A stretch of 64,000 nt of DNA. Origin: an uncultured Gemmatimonadaceae bacterium. GTDB taxonomy: Bacteria > Gemmatimonadota > Gemmatimonadetes > Gemmatimonadales > Gemmatimonadaceae. The notes beneath the pieces were generated by a model. That model was not told the DNA's origin, ran no database searches, and was given only the letters and a program-made list of their open reading frames with translations. Both the position numbers and the translations under genes were made by a program. This document shows positions 30,447 through 41,060 of this stretch, piece by piece; the stretch's first letter is position 1; each line of letters begins with the position of its first letter. Where the stretch lies: the NCBI GenBank assembly GCA_963829055.1, contig CAWHHI010000016.1, positions 960,001 through 1,024,000 on the forward strand, in the 5' to 3' direction.

Positions 30447-31079
30447 TTATACAGAGGGCGCGGCAACCGGGTTGGTTACCATGCTCAATCCCACGATTTC
30501 GACCTCGACAATGTCGCCGGGTGCCAGCTTTCCGACCCCGGCCGGCGTACCCGTCGCGATGAGATCACCGGGCTCGAGCGTCATGATGTGCGAGATGTAC
30601 GAGAGCAGGAACGGGATCGAGAACGCCATGTCCGAGCTCTTGCCCCGCTGCCGCTCCGTGCCGTTTACCCGGGTGACGACCTCCAGGGCTGCAAGATCGG
30701 CGACAGAGACGGATCCCACCCGCGGTTTTCCGACGGGGCAGAACGTGTCGAAGCCCTTGGCACGGCTCCACTGGCTGTCACTACGCTGGAGATCGCGCGC
30801 CGTGACATCGTTCACGGCGACCAGGGCGGCGATACCGCTGACGGCGTCCGCTTCCGACGCGTGTCGCAGCCGCTGTCCCATGACAACGCCGATCTCGCCC
30901 TCGAACTCCACCTGATTCGACTGCGGTGGCAGCACGATCGACTCGCCCCCGTCGATCAGGCTCGAGGGCGGCTTGAGAAAGATGAGCGGCTCCTTGGGCA
31001 TGTCGTTGCCCATCTCACGCGCGTGCTCGAGGTAGTTGCGGCCGACGCAGACGATCTTCGACGGGCGTTGTCCAGTCAT
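30447..31079 (-). CDS. Fumarylacetoacetate hydrolase family protein
   Basis: KIVCVGRNY, FLKP, FEGE, NDVTARD, KGFDTF, GDLIATGTP. Confidence 0.93.
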   Translation of the reverse strand: MTGQRPSKIVCVGRNYLEHAREMGNDMPKEPLIFLKPPSSLIDGGESIVLPPQSNQVEFEGEIGVVMGQRLRHASEADAVSGIAALVAVNDVTARDLQRSDSQWSRAKGFDTFCPVGKPRVGSVSVADLAALEVVTRVNGTERQRGKSSDMAFSIPFLLSYISHIMTLEPGDLIATGTPAGVGKLAPGDIVEVEIVGLSMVTNPVAAPSV

Positions 31080-31130
31080 TGCGGAGGAATGGCGTGAGGT
31101 GACGGCCGTGCTTGCGACCCGGGAGAGACG

Positions 31131-33638
31131 CTACTGACTCGAGTAGAATGCCTGAATCTTCTCCAGCACCGCGGGCCACTGGCCCACGAGACGACGAGCG
31201 GGCGGTAACGCGTCCAGCATCGTGCGACCGTATGACTTGGAGATGACGCGCGGGTCGACGAGAACGATGACGCCGCGGTCGGTTGCCGTGCGGATCAGGC
31301 GCCCGAACCCCTGCTTGAGACGCAGCGACGCATGCGGCAGCATGTACTGCCGGAACGCGTCGCCACCCTTCCGTTCGATCGACTCGCAATGCGCCGCCGT
31401 CACGGGCTCGCTCGGCACCTTGAACGGAAGTTTCGTGATGACCAGCGCGCGCAGTGCTCGGCCCGGAACGTCCACGCCTTCCCAGAAGCTCGCCGTTCCG
31501 ATGAGCACGGCGCGCTCGCTCTCGCGGAACCGCTGCAGGATCGCATCGCGCCCGTCCTCGCCGTGCACGAGCAGCGGCCAACGTCGCTCCGTTCCACGCG
31601 CGCGCAGCTCGGCCGCCACCAGTCGGACGTCGCGGTGACTCGTCGCGAGCACGAACATGCCGCCGTCCGATGCAGTGGCGACGTCGAGCACCACGCGGAC
31701 GACGAACTGGATGTGCGCCGGCGCATCAACGTTAGGCGCTGGCGCATTCGTCGGCACGGCGAGGCGGGAGTTCCCCGGGAAATCGAACGGCGATGGGTAG
31801 AGTGCCGTGCGTGGCGTGAGCTCCGGATCGTCCAGACCCAATCGTCGCCCGAGGAAGTCGAAGCGCTGCTCGGCCGCGAGTGTCGCGCTCGTCACGACGG
31901 CGGTGCGAACTCGACGAAAGAGATCCTCACGCAGAACGGGCGCGAGATCGAGCGGGACGGACGTCACCGCGATGTTGCGCTCCTTGCCGCGCACCTCGAT
32001 CCATCGCACCGATGCGTCGGCGTCGTCCCCCGGCCGCAGCGTCCGTCGTAGCGCGTCACCTGCGCTCTGCATGCGCCGCGCGATGCCGCGCAGCTCGTTC
32101 AGCAGCGGCGCGACCGCTTCGGCGCGCGCCGCGTCGGTCTCGATCCGCTCGCGCACGACGCGGAGACCATCATGCAACAGCTCGACTTCGCCGAGGAGTT
32201 CGGTGAGTGCGAGGTCGAGCCCACTGCGCCAGATGCGATGCTTCGCGAAATCCTCGGTGAGCCGCATGACGGGCAAGCCCGTCTCGTCCAACAGCGTTGT
32301 GAGAAGATCGAACACGAGCCCGCTGCGGTCGCGCGCCGCGAGCACGGCCGGAGCGAGCTTCGTCCGCGCGAGATCGAGGCTCGCGATGCTGAGCAGGTCC
32401 TTCCCCTCCGCGAGCCGCGCCATGAGGGCTGGGAGAATTCCCTTCCCCGTCCGATCGAGCCGAGCGAAGAGTCGCTGCAGCGAACGACGCGTGACCGTGG
32501 CGCCGAGGTGCGCGGCAGCAGCGTCCTCGATGTGATGCCCTTCGTCGACGACGAGCCTCGCGTAGGCCGGCAGCACCGCCGCATCGTCCCAGTTCTGCGA
32601 GACTCGGCGCACGGCCACGTCCGACATCAGCAGGTGGTGATTCACCACGATGACATCCGCCTGAGCGGCCTTCCGCCGCGCCGCGAACAGGAAGCAGCGC
32701 TCGTAATGCGGGCAGCGCATCCGCGTGCACAGGTCGGGCTCGGCCGAGACCTCGTCCCACACCTCACCTCGCGGCGGCGCCGGCAGATCGCTCAGCGACC
32801 CGTCGGTGGTACGCTCCGCCCACGCCGACAGCGTCGCGATCTCGTTGCCTAACGATTCCTCGAACAGCGCCGCGCCCGTCGACCGGGCCTGCTCGAGTCG
32901 CATGAGGCAGAGGTAGTTGCGCCACCCTTTGAGCAGCGCAAACCGCACCGGCTGATCCGACAGCGCACGCGCGAGAAACGGCAGGTCCTTCCCGACGAGC
33001 TGCTCCTGGAGGTTGATCGTGTTCGTCGAGACGACCGTGCGCTCGCCGTTCGCCGCCGCCCACCGCAGCGCCGGGATCAGATAGCCGAGCGACTTTCCGA
33101 TGCCCGTGCCCGCCTCGAGCAGCCCGACGCCGCCGTCGTTGTACAGCTTCGCGATGGTTGCCGCGAGCTCGCGCTGCGCCGGTCGATCCTCGTACTTGGG
33201 CAGCAGTCGCGCGATGGGGCCGTGAGGACCGAGGTCAGCGTCGATGGCCGTGATGTCGAGCGGCGTATCGGGATCTTCCCGCGGCACCTCGACGACGACG
33301 TAGAGCTCGCGGGCGTCGTTGTCGATGATGCCGAACCCGATGCCGTCATCGTGCATGCGCGCGGCGACTTCGTAGTCGGCGCCGGAGGGTTCGAGCAGCC
33401 CTGACGGATGGTTGTGCACGAGCATCTCGCCGCGCTGCGCGAAGCCGGGCAGCGCGAGCACGCTCTGCACGTCGCCACGAGCGACGACACGCGCGGTGCG
33501 CACGATGGCGTCGTCATCGAGGGTGCAGACGAAGCACACTTCGCGTCCGCCGGCGAGCCGGATGGCGGCGCGCATGGCGGCAGCGGCGGACGACGCCAGG
33601 CGGGACTGACGCGGCTCGGAAACGGCGGTCGGGGGCAC
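31131..33638 (-). CDS. DinG-family Fe-S helicase with N-terminal JAB/MPN (RadC-like) domain
   Basis: E...HNHPSG..EPSGAD JAMM motif; EAGTGIGKS; Fe-S Cys cluster (NYLC, C...CPHYERC); DEGH; SATL; FWEGVDVPG; QGFGRLIR. Confidence 0.9.
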   Translation of the reverse strand: MPPTAVSEPRQSRLASSAAAAMRAAIRLAGGREVCFVCTLDDDAIVRTARVVARGDVQSVLALPGFAQRGEMLVHNHPSGLLEPSGADYEVAARMHDDGIGFGIIDNDARELYVVVEVPREDPDTPLDITAIDADLGPHGPIARLLPKYEDRPAQRELAATIAKLYNDGGVGLLEAGTGIGKSLGYLIPALRWAAANGERTVVSTNTINLQEQLVGKDLPFLARALSDQPVRFALLKGWRNYLCLMRLEQARSTGAALFEESLGNEIATLSAWAERTTDGSLSDLPAPPRGEVWDEVSAEPDLCTRMRCPHYERCFLFAARRKAAQADVIVVNHHLLMSDVAVRRVSQNWDDAAVLPAYARLVVDEGHHIEDAAAAHLGATVTRRSLQRLFARLDRTGKGILPALMARLAEGKDLLSIASLDLARTKLAPAVLAARDRSGLVFDLLTTLLDETGLPVMRLTEDFAKHRIWRSGLDLALTELLGEVELLHDGLRVVRERIETDAARAEAVAPLLNELRGIARRMQSAGDALRRTLRPGDDADASVRWIEVRGKERNIAVTSVPLDLAPVLREDLFRRVRTAVVTSATLAAEQRFDFLGRRLGLDDPELTPRTALYPSPFDFPGNSRLAVPTNAPAPNVDAPAHIQFVVRVVLDVATASDGGMFVLATSHRDVRLVAAELRARGTERRWPLLVHGEDGRDAILQRFRESERAVLIGTASFWEGVDVPGRALRALVITKLPFKVPSEPVTAAHCESIERKGGDAFRQYMLPHASLRLKQGFGRLIRTATDRGVIVLVDPRVISKSYGRTMLDALPPARRLVGQWPAVLEKIQAFYSSQ

Positions 33639-33674
33639 CCGGAAAACTTACAGCGCCGACGACGACCGCGACGA

Positions 33675-34997
33675 TCAGGTCTTCAGAGGCTTCTTCTTCG
33701 CCGCCGGGAATAGCACGTTGTTCAGGATGAGCCGGTACCCAGGCGACGTCGGATGCAATGAAAGGTCCGTCGGTGCGTTCCCGATGTTGTGCTGCGGGTC
33801 TTCCGGATCGTGCCCACCGAGATACGTGAACGATCCCTTCCCGTAATCGCCGTGGATGTACTTCACCCACGGCGCGCCTTCCTCGTACGCGAGCACCGTG
33901 ATCCCCGGCTTGATCACCGCTTTGTTGAAGCTCGTGGTCACGCCGTAGTAGTCAGGGATCACCGTTCGATGATCCTGCACGAGCATCGTAGCGACCGGAT
34001 CGAATTTGGCCGAGAACGCGAACAGCGTGAACTGGCCGAGCGGCTGTCGGCGTGCCGGGACGTTGACCTGATGGCCGTCGATGTCGCTCATCGAGTTCGT
34101 GAACGGCGACTGCTCCACGTGGACGTCGCGGAATGCCATCGCGCGCTTCCAGTCCATCCGCGAATCGACATCCTCGTCGATCGGCGTGCCGTCCGCGTAC
34201 GCCGCAGCGATGTCCGCGTTATGCGCCGCGATCGCGAGCTCGAGCGTCTCTGTCGCCCCGCACATCGCGAACAGGAACCCACCGCCCTCCACGTACTGCC
34301 GCATCCGCTCCGCCACCGCCTTCTTGAGCGCGGGAATCGTGGCGAAGCCGAGTCGCTTCGCCGCGTCCAGGTTACGCTCACGCTGCTCGACGAACCACGG
34401 CGCATCGCGGAATCCGAGGTACAGCTTGTTCAGCTGACCCGTGAAGTCCTCATGGAACAGGTGAATCCAGTCGTACTTCCGCAGGTCGCCGTTCATGACT
34501 TCGTCGTCCCACACCGTCGTGTACTCGATGCCAGCATACTTGAGCGCGAGCGTCACGGCGTCGTCCCAGGGTGGTGACTTGGGCGGCGTGTAGATCGCGA
34601 TCTTCGGCGCCTTCTCGAGCGTCACCGCGTCCATGTTGCCGCTCGAGATCTCCGCGCGCACCTGTGCCAGCCTGCCGTCGTCGATCGGCTCAATGCTGAT
34701 GCCGTCGAGCGTCGCGCGTTTGCGCATTTCCGGCGTATCCGGGAGGAGGAACGACCCGCCGCGGTAGTTGATGAACCACTCGGCGCGGTCACCTGCCTTG
34801 AGCGCATTGAACGTCAGCCCGTACGCCTTGAGATGGTTCTGCTGCGCGTCGTCCATCGGCACGAGCAGATGCTGCGCACCAGCGAGCGACGAGACACCTG
34901 CGAGTGCCAGCAGAACGGACAGGCCGGTCGTTACGCGCGTCAGGCGTCCGACAGCGCGTCGCGAGTGGGACAGCCTAACGAGTTTGTGTCGAGTCAT
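33675..34997 (-). CDS. Secreted conserved protein, class I glutamine amidotransferase-like (family often mislabelled asparagine synthetase B)
   Basis: Signal peptide; QQNHLKAYG, PWDDAVTLAL, HEDFTGQ, GGFLFAMC, GHDPED, GYRLILNNVLFP. Confidence 0.65.
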   Translation of the reverse strand: MTRHKLVRLSHSRRAVGRLTRVTTGLSVLLALAGVSSLAGAQHLLVPMDDAQQNHLKAYGLTFNALKAGDRAEWFINYRGGSFLLPDTPEMRKRATLDGISIEPIDDGRLAQVRAEISSGNMDAVTLEKAPKIAIYTPPKSPPWDDAVTLALKYAGIEYTTVWDDEVMNGDLRKYDWIHLFHEDFTGQLNKLYLGFRDAPWFVEQRERNLDAAKRLGFATIPALKKAVAERMRQYVEGGGFLFAMCGATETLELAIAAHNADIAAAYADGTPIDEDVDSRMDWKRAMAFRDVHVEQSPFTNSMSDIDGHQVNVPARRQPLGQFTLFAFSAKFDPVATMLVQDHRTVIPDYYGVTTSFNKAVIKPGITVLAYEEGAPWVKYIHGDYGKGSFTYLGGHDPEDPQHNIGNAPTDLSLHPTSPGYRLILNNVLFPAAKKKPLKT

Positions 34998-36694
34998 ATC
35001 GATGGAACGCTTTGCTTGGCCAAGTCGAGCTCGTGCCGGGCTTGCGGCACGAGCGCGCTTCGCGGATAGGTGAGAATCATGTGTTCGAGACGCTGAACCG
35101 CGGCCGCGGTGTCCCCGCGACGCCGCAGCACCCGCGCCCATTCCAGTTCCGCCTCCGCCGCTTCCGGGGCCGACGAATACTGCTCGCTGACCTGCTGCCA
35201 GATGCTGACCGCCGTACTGTCATCATGCCGCGCTGCAGCAATGCGGGCCGCCGCGTTGAGCATCAGCGCCGCAGCATCCGGAACCTTCGGGGCAGCGGCT
35301 TGGAGCTTGGTCGTCGCGCCAGCGCTGTCTCCACGCACGAGTGCCAGGAACGCACTCCCGACGTCCGGCGCGCTGTCGACCTTCGTGCGCGCCAGGAGCG
35401 CGAGCGCCAGGACGAGATCCGGCTCCGTCTCGCCGGCCCGCTTGAGGATTCGTCGAGCCGAACGCAGATCGCCCTCGTACAACGAGATCCACCCCATCGT
35501 GCGATCTTCTTCCTCGCCCATGGGCGTCGTGCCCATCGCGGCCCGCGCCTTCGCGAGATCACCCGCGCGTACCCATCCCCACGCCGCCATCCGCACGAGC
35601 CTAACGCGATCCAGCGAATCCAGGCGACTCGAGTTTGCGCTGATCAGCGCCTCCGCTTCGGCGGCGCGGCCGAGTGCGCTCAACGCGCGCACTCGGATGG
35701 GGAGGACCGATCGCACACTCGCGGAGTCGCTGGCGTCGGCATACGGTGCGAGTAACGCGACCGCCGACGCCGGATCGCCGCCACTCAACGCATCGTTCGC
35801 GGCACGCACCGCGAGCTCGCGCGTGGGCTTCCGCGCCAGCGCCGCCGCGAACGCATCGCGTGCGACCAGCCACGCGCCCGATCCCTCGGCTTCGTCGCCG
35901 AACTCCGTCCACGCCTTCAGGGCGTCTTCGCTCGGCGGCAGATCCTTGAGCGCAAGCCAGCCCTCGCGCGCCGAGCGCCAGCGCAGCTCGAGCAGCGCCA
36001 GCGCGCGCCGTGACGGAACCTCCACGGGAGCGGCACGGAATACCTGACGCACGGTAGCCCGCAGCGAGTCCGGCGTCGGGAATAGCGAGAACACCGCCGC
36101 CTGATCGAGATACGGCGATGTCGCCATTGCCTCACGCCAACTACGCGCGGATAACTCCCAGAGGCCGGTCGCGGCCCTGAGCTGCGCCATCTCGACCGTG
36201 ATGTCGCGTGTTCCGCCTAACGCCCGCTGAGCGCGCTGCAGCACCGTATCGGCGCTCGCCGACCGGCCATCGTCGAGCAGAAGCCGCGCGTACTCGCGGT
36301 ACGGTGCGGCGTCCCGAGGCGCGAGTTGCACCCATCGCTCGAACGCCGCCGCGGCAGCCGCGTCGCGATGCAGGTATGACAGCGTGCGGAGTTGTATCGT
36401 GCGCAGCATCGGTTCCTGCGGGTACTTCGCCAGCAGGGTGTCGAGCAGCGGCACGATGGAGTCTCGCTTGCCCAGCTGGTCGTACACGCGCTCGATGCCG
36501 AGAATCGATCCCGTGAGCGACCCATCGAGCGCGGCGCGGTACGCGGCGAGCGCTTCGCGCCACTTCCCCGCTTGCTCGAGCTCGAGCGCGCGCATCGGCA
36601 AGCCTGGTTGTGCCTGCGCCCGCGCCATTGCCGGCGCGAGCGCCATCACCCATGCGACCCTGAACGCGAACGCGGCGCTACGGCTTCTCCGCAT
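34994..36694 (-). CDS. Secreted tetratricopeptide-repeat protein
   Basis: Signal peptide, Ala/Leu-rich helical repeats, C-terminal YPRS TPR-like motif. Confidence 0.75.
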   Translation of the reverse strand: MRRSRSAAFAFRVAWVMALAPAMARAQAQPGLPMRALELEQAGKWREALAAYRAALDGSLTGSILGIERVYDQLGKRDSIVPLLDTLLAKYPQEPMLRTIQLRTLSYLHRDAAAAAAFERWVQLAPRDAAPYREYARLLLDDGRSASADTVLQRAQRALGGTRDITVEMAQLRAATGLWELSARSWREAMATSPYLDQAAVFSLFPTPDSLRATVRQVFRAAPVEVPSRRALALLELRWRSAREGWLALKDLPPSEDALKAWTEFGDEAEGSGAWLVARDAFAAALARKPTRELAVRAANDALSGGDPASAVALLAPYADASDSASVRSVLPIRVRALSALGRAAEAEALISANSSRLDSLDRVRLVRMAAWGWVRAGDLAKARAAMGTTPMGEEEDRTMGWISLYEGDLRSARRILKRAGETEPDLVLALALLARTKVDSAPDVGSAFLALVRGDSAGATTKLQAAAPKVPDAAALMLNAAARIAAARHDDSTAVSIWQQVSEQYSSAPEAAEAELEWARVLRRRGDTAAAVQRLEHMILTYPRSALVPQARHELDLAKQSVPSI

Positions 36695-39600
36695 TGATGC
36701 GCTTGAAGTAATCGAGCACGAGGCGCCGCTCCTCCGGCGTCAGCCCGCGGAGGTCGTTCCAGTTCGGCGGCGCGAACCGCGACGCGGCCTTGCCACTGGC
36801 TGACGCGTTAGGTGGCAGGAACAGCTCGTTCCCGGTCGCCGCCTTCGCCTCGCGTTTGCCGTTATCCTCGCGCTCGTCGCGTTCCAGCGTGCGACCGGCG
36901 TCGAGCATGCGGCGGAACAACCGCTGCTGCCGTTCGATCACGGTAGGATCGAGGCCGCCGCTCTCCAGTGCCTGCGCGAGCTGCCGCGCTTCCTTGGCCA
37001 ACTCCTCCGCGCGCCCGGTCCGGTCATTGTCGCTCATGTCATCGAGCGACGACGCGACGTCGCGCTGTTGCCGCCCGAGCTGACGCGCCTGCTCGCGGCC
37101 CTGTTGGTCCATCTGCGACCCTGGCCGCGGAATGAGCTGCGCCGTCTGCGAGTTCAGCGACCCTTGCTGCTGCGCCATGTCCTTGAGCTGCTCGAGCATT
37201 TCCGAGAATCCGGATGCGGAGTTCGCGTTCTTCGCGCGTTCCCGGTCGCGTACCAGGGTTGCCGCCGCCTGGTTCAGCGCTTCGGACGCGTCACGCATGG
37301 ACCCCGCCGCCTGCTCGCTCTGGCGCGCGTTCGCGAGATCACGCGTCGCCTGTTCGACCTTCTGCTGCGCGTCCCCCACCGACCGCTGTGCGCGCGGCGA
37401 GAACAGCGACGACTTCTGTCCCGCTTCACCGAGACGCTTGCCGGCCTGTTGCACGCCCTGCTGCAGCGCGCTCTGCTCCGCCTGCAGCGATGCCTTGTCA
37501 GCTCCCTGGCGCGCCTTCTGTTCGAGCTGCTCCTGCTGCCGCGAGAGCTGCAGCATTTCCTGGATCGACTGATCGAGCTCGCCGGTCAGCTCCTGCTTCC
37601 AGGCATCGATCTGCTTTTCTCGCGCGTCGGAGAGCTGGTCAGCCGCCCGCTGCATGGCATCCGCCGCGTCGTTCGCCGCCTTCTGCCCAGCGCTCTGTTG
37701 TTGTCCCTGCTGCTGCCCCTGCGCGCCCGGCTGCTGCCCTTGCTGCTGACCCTGACCGGGCTGCTGGCCCTGCTGTTGTCCCTGCTGACCAGGCTGTCCC
37801 TGTTGGCTCTGCTGACCCTGTTGGCCTTGCTGTCCTTCCTGTTTCTGCGCACCGGGCTGACTCTGCTCCTGCCCCTTCTGGCCCTGGGCACTCTTCTCCT
37901 GCGCGCTCTTTTCCTGCCCTTTCTCACCCTGCTGTCCGTTTTGCTGCTGGGCGTTCTGCTGCTGTTGTTGTTGCTGGCCAGCCTGCTGCTGACCAGCCTG
38001 CGGCTGGCCGTTCTGCGGCCTCTGCTCACCAGGTTGCTGCTGCTGGCGTTGCTGGTTCTGCTGCGACTCCGCGGACCGCTGCTCCTGTTGCTGCTGATCA
38101 CGCGCCGCGCGCTGCATGGCCTCGGCCGATTCCTTCACCTGCTGATTCGCGTCGTTGACGCCCTTCGCTCCCGGCTCCGCGTTCTCGCGCTGCAGCCGCT
38201 TCTGGAGCTCCTCGATCTGCTTCGCGAGATCGCGTGACCTGTCGGCGAGCTCGCGCGCGTCCTTCTGCGCTTCCTGCTTCTGCGCCGCCTCGCGCGCCTT
38301 CGCCATCGAATCCGCGTTCGCGCGCTCGTCCTTCGAGATGTCCTTCGCCTCTTCCTTCAGCGTTTGCATTGACCCTTCGAGCGCGGCGCGCTTCAACATC
38401 TCCACGCTCTTCTCGAGCTGCTCGCGGAGCTTCTGCTGCTGCTGCGCGAGGTCGCCCATGGCCTTCTGGGCATCCTCGGCCGACAGCTTCTGCGCCGATG
38501 CTTCCAGTTGGCGCAGCTTCTCCGCAAGCTCCGGCGTCAGTGCGTCGCGCAGGAGCTTCTGCGTTTCCTGCAGTCGCTGAGCTAGCGCGCTATCGAGCGC
38601 GCCCGTCTGCTTGAGCTGCTTCTCGAGCTGCTCCGCCGTCTTCTGCAGCTGCTGCATGCGCTCGGCGAGCTCGCGTTGCTCTTTCGCGAGCGCCTGCGCC
38701 TGCTGCGCCGACTCGTAGGACATCGAGTTCGTGCCCTTGGCCGAGCTGTTCTTGTCACCGGTCTTCGGCGTCGCGGGGCGCTGCCGTGCGCGCGCGGCTT
38801 CGGCGGTCCGCTGCTGCAGCGATTTCTGCGCGGCGGCGGCGGCCTGTGCACGTTGCACTGCGGAATCCGCGGCGGCACGCACGTTGGCGCGCGCCTCCGT
38901 CATGCCGGGAACGCGGAGCACCAGCTCGCGGCTCGACCCGCTCTGTCGCCACGGCGAGGCATCCACCGCGACCGCAACGATGTGCACAGCCTCGCCGGCC
39001 TCCACACCTAACGACGGCAGGGAGAGCGCCGCATCACCCGTCCACTGCGTAGTCGCCCGGGACACGAGCGTGCGACTCGTCTCCGGCAGCGCCGCTGCAC
39101 CCTCCGGCACGCGCCAGACGCGAAGCGCGACGCTGCCGATCCCGTGATCGTCGGTCGCGAGAAAGGACAGCGGAATCGTGTCGAGCGCCGAGACCGTGGT
39201 GTCCGTAGCCGGCGCGAGAATCTCGATCTTCGGCGCCGAGTCGGGGATGACTTCGAACTCGAGCGCGGCCGGCACGTCGGCGATAGGACCGCCGACACCG
39301 GCCGCATTCCACTCGTAGCGTCCGGTCTGGCTCACCGGCAGACGCCCAGTGAACGCGCGGCCGGTCGTCGTTAGGTGGAGTGTGTCCTTGCCGCGAGCGA
39401 GCGCGACACGCGTGAGCTCTGTCGACGAGTGTCCGGAGATGGCGAGGACGGTGCCACGCGGGAGTTGCGCCGCTTCGCCGACCGGCAGTGTCTCGTCACG
39501 TCGATCCAGGTACTTCGGGAATGTCGCCGTGATCGCAACGTCACCGATGAATGGGCGTTCGACCATCTCCAGCGCCGCGGTATCGCTCACCGTGCGACCA

Positions 39601-40364
39601 TCGGTCGCGAAGAGCGCGAGATCCGCATCCATCGGCGCGAGCCGCACCTTCGCCACGCCATCGCGGACCTCGTGTTGCGACGCTCGCCACGCGGATCCCT
39701 TCGCGCGTTGATACACCGTGATCCGGCGGCGATCGGGCGCAGAGATCGCGAGTGCGACGCGTTCGCCGCGAAGCACGGTCTTCGGCGCGCGCTGCACGGA
39801 GATCGGGGCGAGCAACGTCCCTGTCCACGCCCGCACCGGATGCGCGATGGCCTGCCACCCGTCGGGCGTCGCGGACGAGCGCGTCGCGAGCAGCAGAATG
39901 CCGACGCCGCACGCCGCGGCGGCGCCCCCGACGCGAACCAGCGCGCGACGCGTGAGCGTAGGCGTCAACGACTTCCCACCCGACTTCTCGTTCAACCGGC
40001 GTGCTACCTGCTCGGCGTTGTAGCGTCCGAGTGTTCCGGTGCTCGCGACTTCCAGCGCGCCGCGCAGCGCGCCGGCCCGAAGCGACTGCTCCCGTTCGAC
40101 CTCGAACGCGAGCCCATTCACCGACGCATCGCGCGCGAGACGCCGACGCGTCCACCAGATCCCTGCCACGGCCACGATCACGACCGCGAGCCACACGATG
40201 AACGGGACGACTCTCGGAAGATCGATCCAGCGCGCACGACCGAGCGCGACGACGCCGGCTGCGAGCAGCAGCGCCGCGCAGCCGATGGCCGCCGCGCCGC
40301 CCGTCGCCGCGATGAGACGAGAAAGCCGGCCGCGCTCGCGGTTGACGAGGTCGATGACCGTCAT
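36678..40364 (-). CDS. Large membrane-anchored coiled-coil protein (DUF4175-like) with Gln-rich linker
   Basis: N-terminal TMs, beta-rich region with ATDDHG, long heptad region, poly-Q/G tract, terminal DYFKRI. Confidence 0.75.
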   Translation of the reverse strand: MTVIDLVNRERGRLSRLIAATGGAAAIGCAALLLAAGVVALGRARWIDLPRVVPFIVWLAVVIVAVAGIWWTRRRLARDASVNGLAFEVEREQSLRAGALRGALEVASTGTLGRYNAEQVARRLNEKSGGKSLTPTLTRRALVRVGGAAAACGVGILLLATRSSATPDGWQAIAHPVRAWTGTLLAPISVQRAPKTVLRGERVALAISAPDRRRITVYQRAKGSAWRASQHEVRDGVAKVRLAPMDADLALFATDGRTVSDTAALEMVERPFIGDVAITATFPKYLDRRDETLPVGEAAQLPRGTVLAISGHSSTELTRVALARGKDTLHLTTTGRAFTGRLPVSQTGRYEWNAAGVGGPIADVPAALEFEVIPDSAPKIEILAPATDTTVSALDTIPLSFLATDDHGIGSVALRVWRVPEGAAALPETSRTLVSRATTQWTGDAALSLPSLGVEAGEAVHIVAVAVDASPWRQSGSSRELVLRVPGMTEARANVRAAADSAVQRAQAAAAAQKSLQQRTAEAARARQRPATPKTGDKNSSAKGTNSMSYESAQQAQALAKEQRELAERMQQLQKTAEQLEKQLKQTGALDSALAQRLQETQKLLRDALTPELAEKLRQLEASAQKLSAEDAQKAMGDLAQQQQKLREQLEKSVEMLKRAALEGSMQTLKEEAKDISKDERANADSMAKAREAAQKQEAQKDARELADRSRDLAKQIEELQKRLQRENAEPGAKGVNDANQQVKESAEAMQRAARDQQQQEQRSAESQQNQQRQQQQPGEQRPQNGQPQAGQQQAGQQQQQQQNAQQQNGQQGEKGQEKSAQEKSAQGQKGQEQSQPGAQKQEGQQGQQGQQSQQGQPGQQGQQQGQQPGQGQQQGQQPGAQGQQQGQQQSAGQKAANDAADAMQRAADQLSDAREKQIDAWKQELTGELDQSIQEMLQLSRQQEQLEQKARQGADKASLQAEQSALQQGVQQAGKRLGEAGQKSSLFSPRAQRSVGDAQQKVEQATRDLANARQSEQAAGSMRDASEALNQAAATLVRDRERAKNANSASGFSEMLEQLKDMAQQQGSLNSQTAQLIPRPGSQMDQQGREQARQLGRQQRDVASSLDDMSDNDRTGRAEELAKEARQLAQALESGGLDPTVIERQQRLFRRMLDAGRTLERDEREDNGKREAKAATGNELFLPPNASASGKAASRFAPPNWNDLRGLTPEERRLVLDYFKRINAEKP

Positions 40365-41060
40365 GCCGTGGGGCGGCTCGTAACCGCGTAGACGAACAGA
40401 TTCACGCCCATGCGCAATGCCGCCTCGTGTAACTCGGGTGGATCGGAGTACGTGCCGGGATCTTCCCATCCGTTTCCGAGATCGGACGAGAAGTCGTAGT
40501 AGACCGCGAGTCGGTCGCCGATGAACACGCCGAGTCCACGCGCGGGCTTGCCGTCGTGCTCGTGGATCTTCGGGACGCCCTGCGGAAAGTCGTACACCAA
40601 ATGATAGATCGGGTGCGTGAGCGGCACATCGACGAGCGGCCGATCCGGGAACACCCGCGCGATCTCGCGCCGGAAGTTCGCGTCGAGACCGTAGTTGTCG
40701 CTGACGTGGAGGAAACCGCCGCGCAATAGATACTGGCGCAGTCGATCGACCTCGGCGTCACTCAGTCTGATGTCCCCGTGACCCGTGACGTGGAGGAACG
40801 CGTAATCCCACAACCGCTCATCCATGAGCGTAACGCGCCCCTCCGTCTTGTCGACCTTGAGCGACGTTCGGTCGTTCACGGCCTCGATGAGATTCGGGAT
40901 ACTCGACGGATTGCCGTACCAGTCGCCGCCTTCGTACTGCAGTCGGGCGATGGCGAGACGCGGCCCTTTGTGAGCCGCGCCGACGACCGCGAGCGCCAAC
41001 AGCGCCGCGAAGAGTGCTCGTGCAGTTCGTGCGGTTCGTGCGTGCTGGTGCTTTTCTCAT
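40361..41060 (-). CDS. DUF4159 domain protein (frameshift in signal region)
   Basis: ARLQYEGGDWY, TGHG, LRQYLLRGGFL..DNYG, PKIHEHD, DLGNGWED, MGVN. Confidence 0.8.

Noticed and set aside
37068..38237. Long Leu-rich plus-strand ORF and other overlapping ORFs in the track
   Set aside because: Antisense shadows of real genes (here the CAG-rich Gln tract); long shadow ORFs are expected at this GC content.
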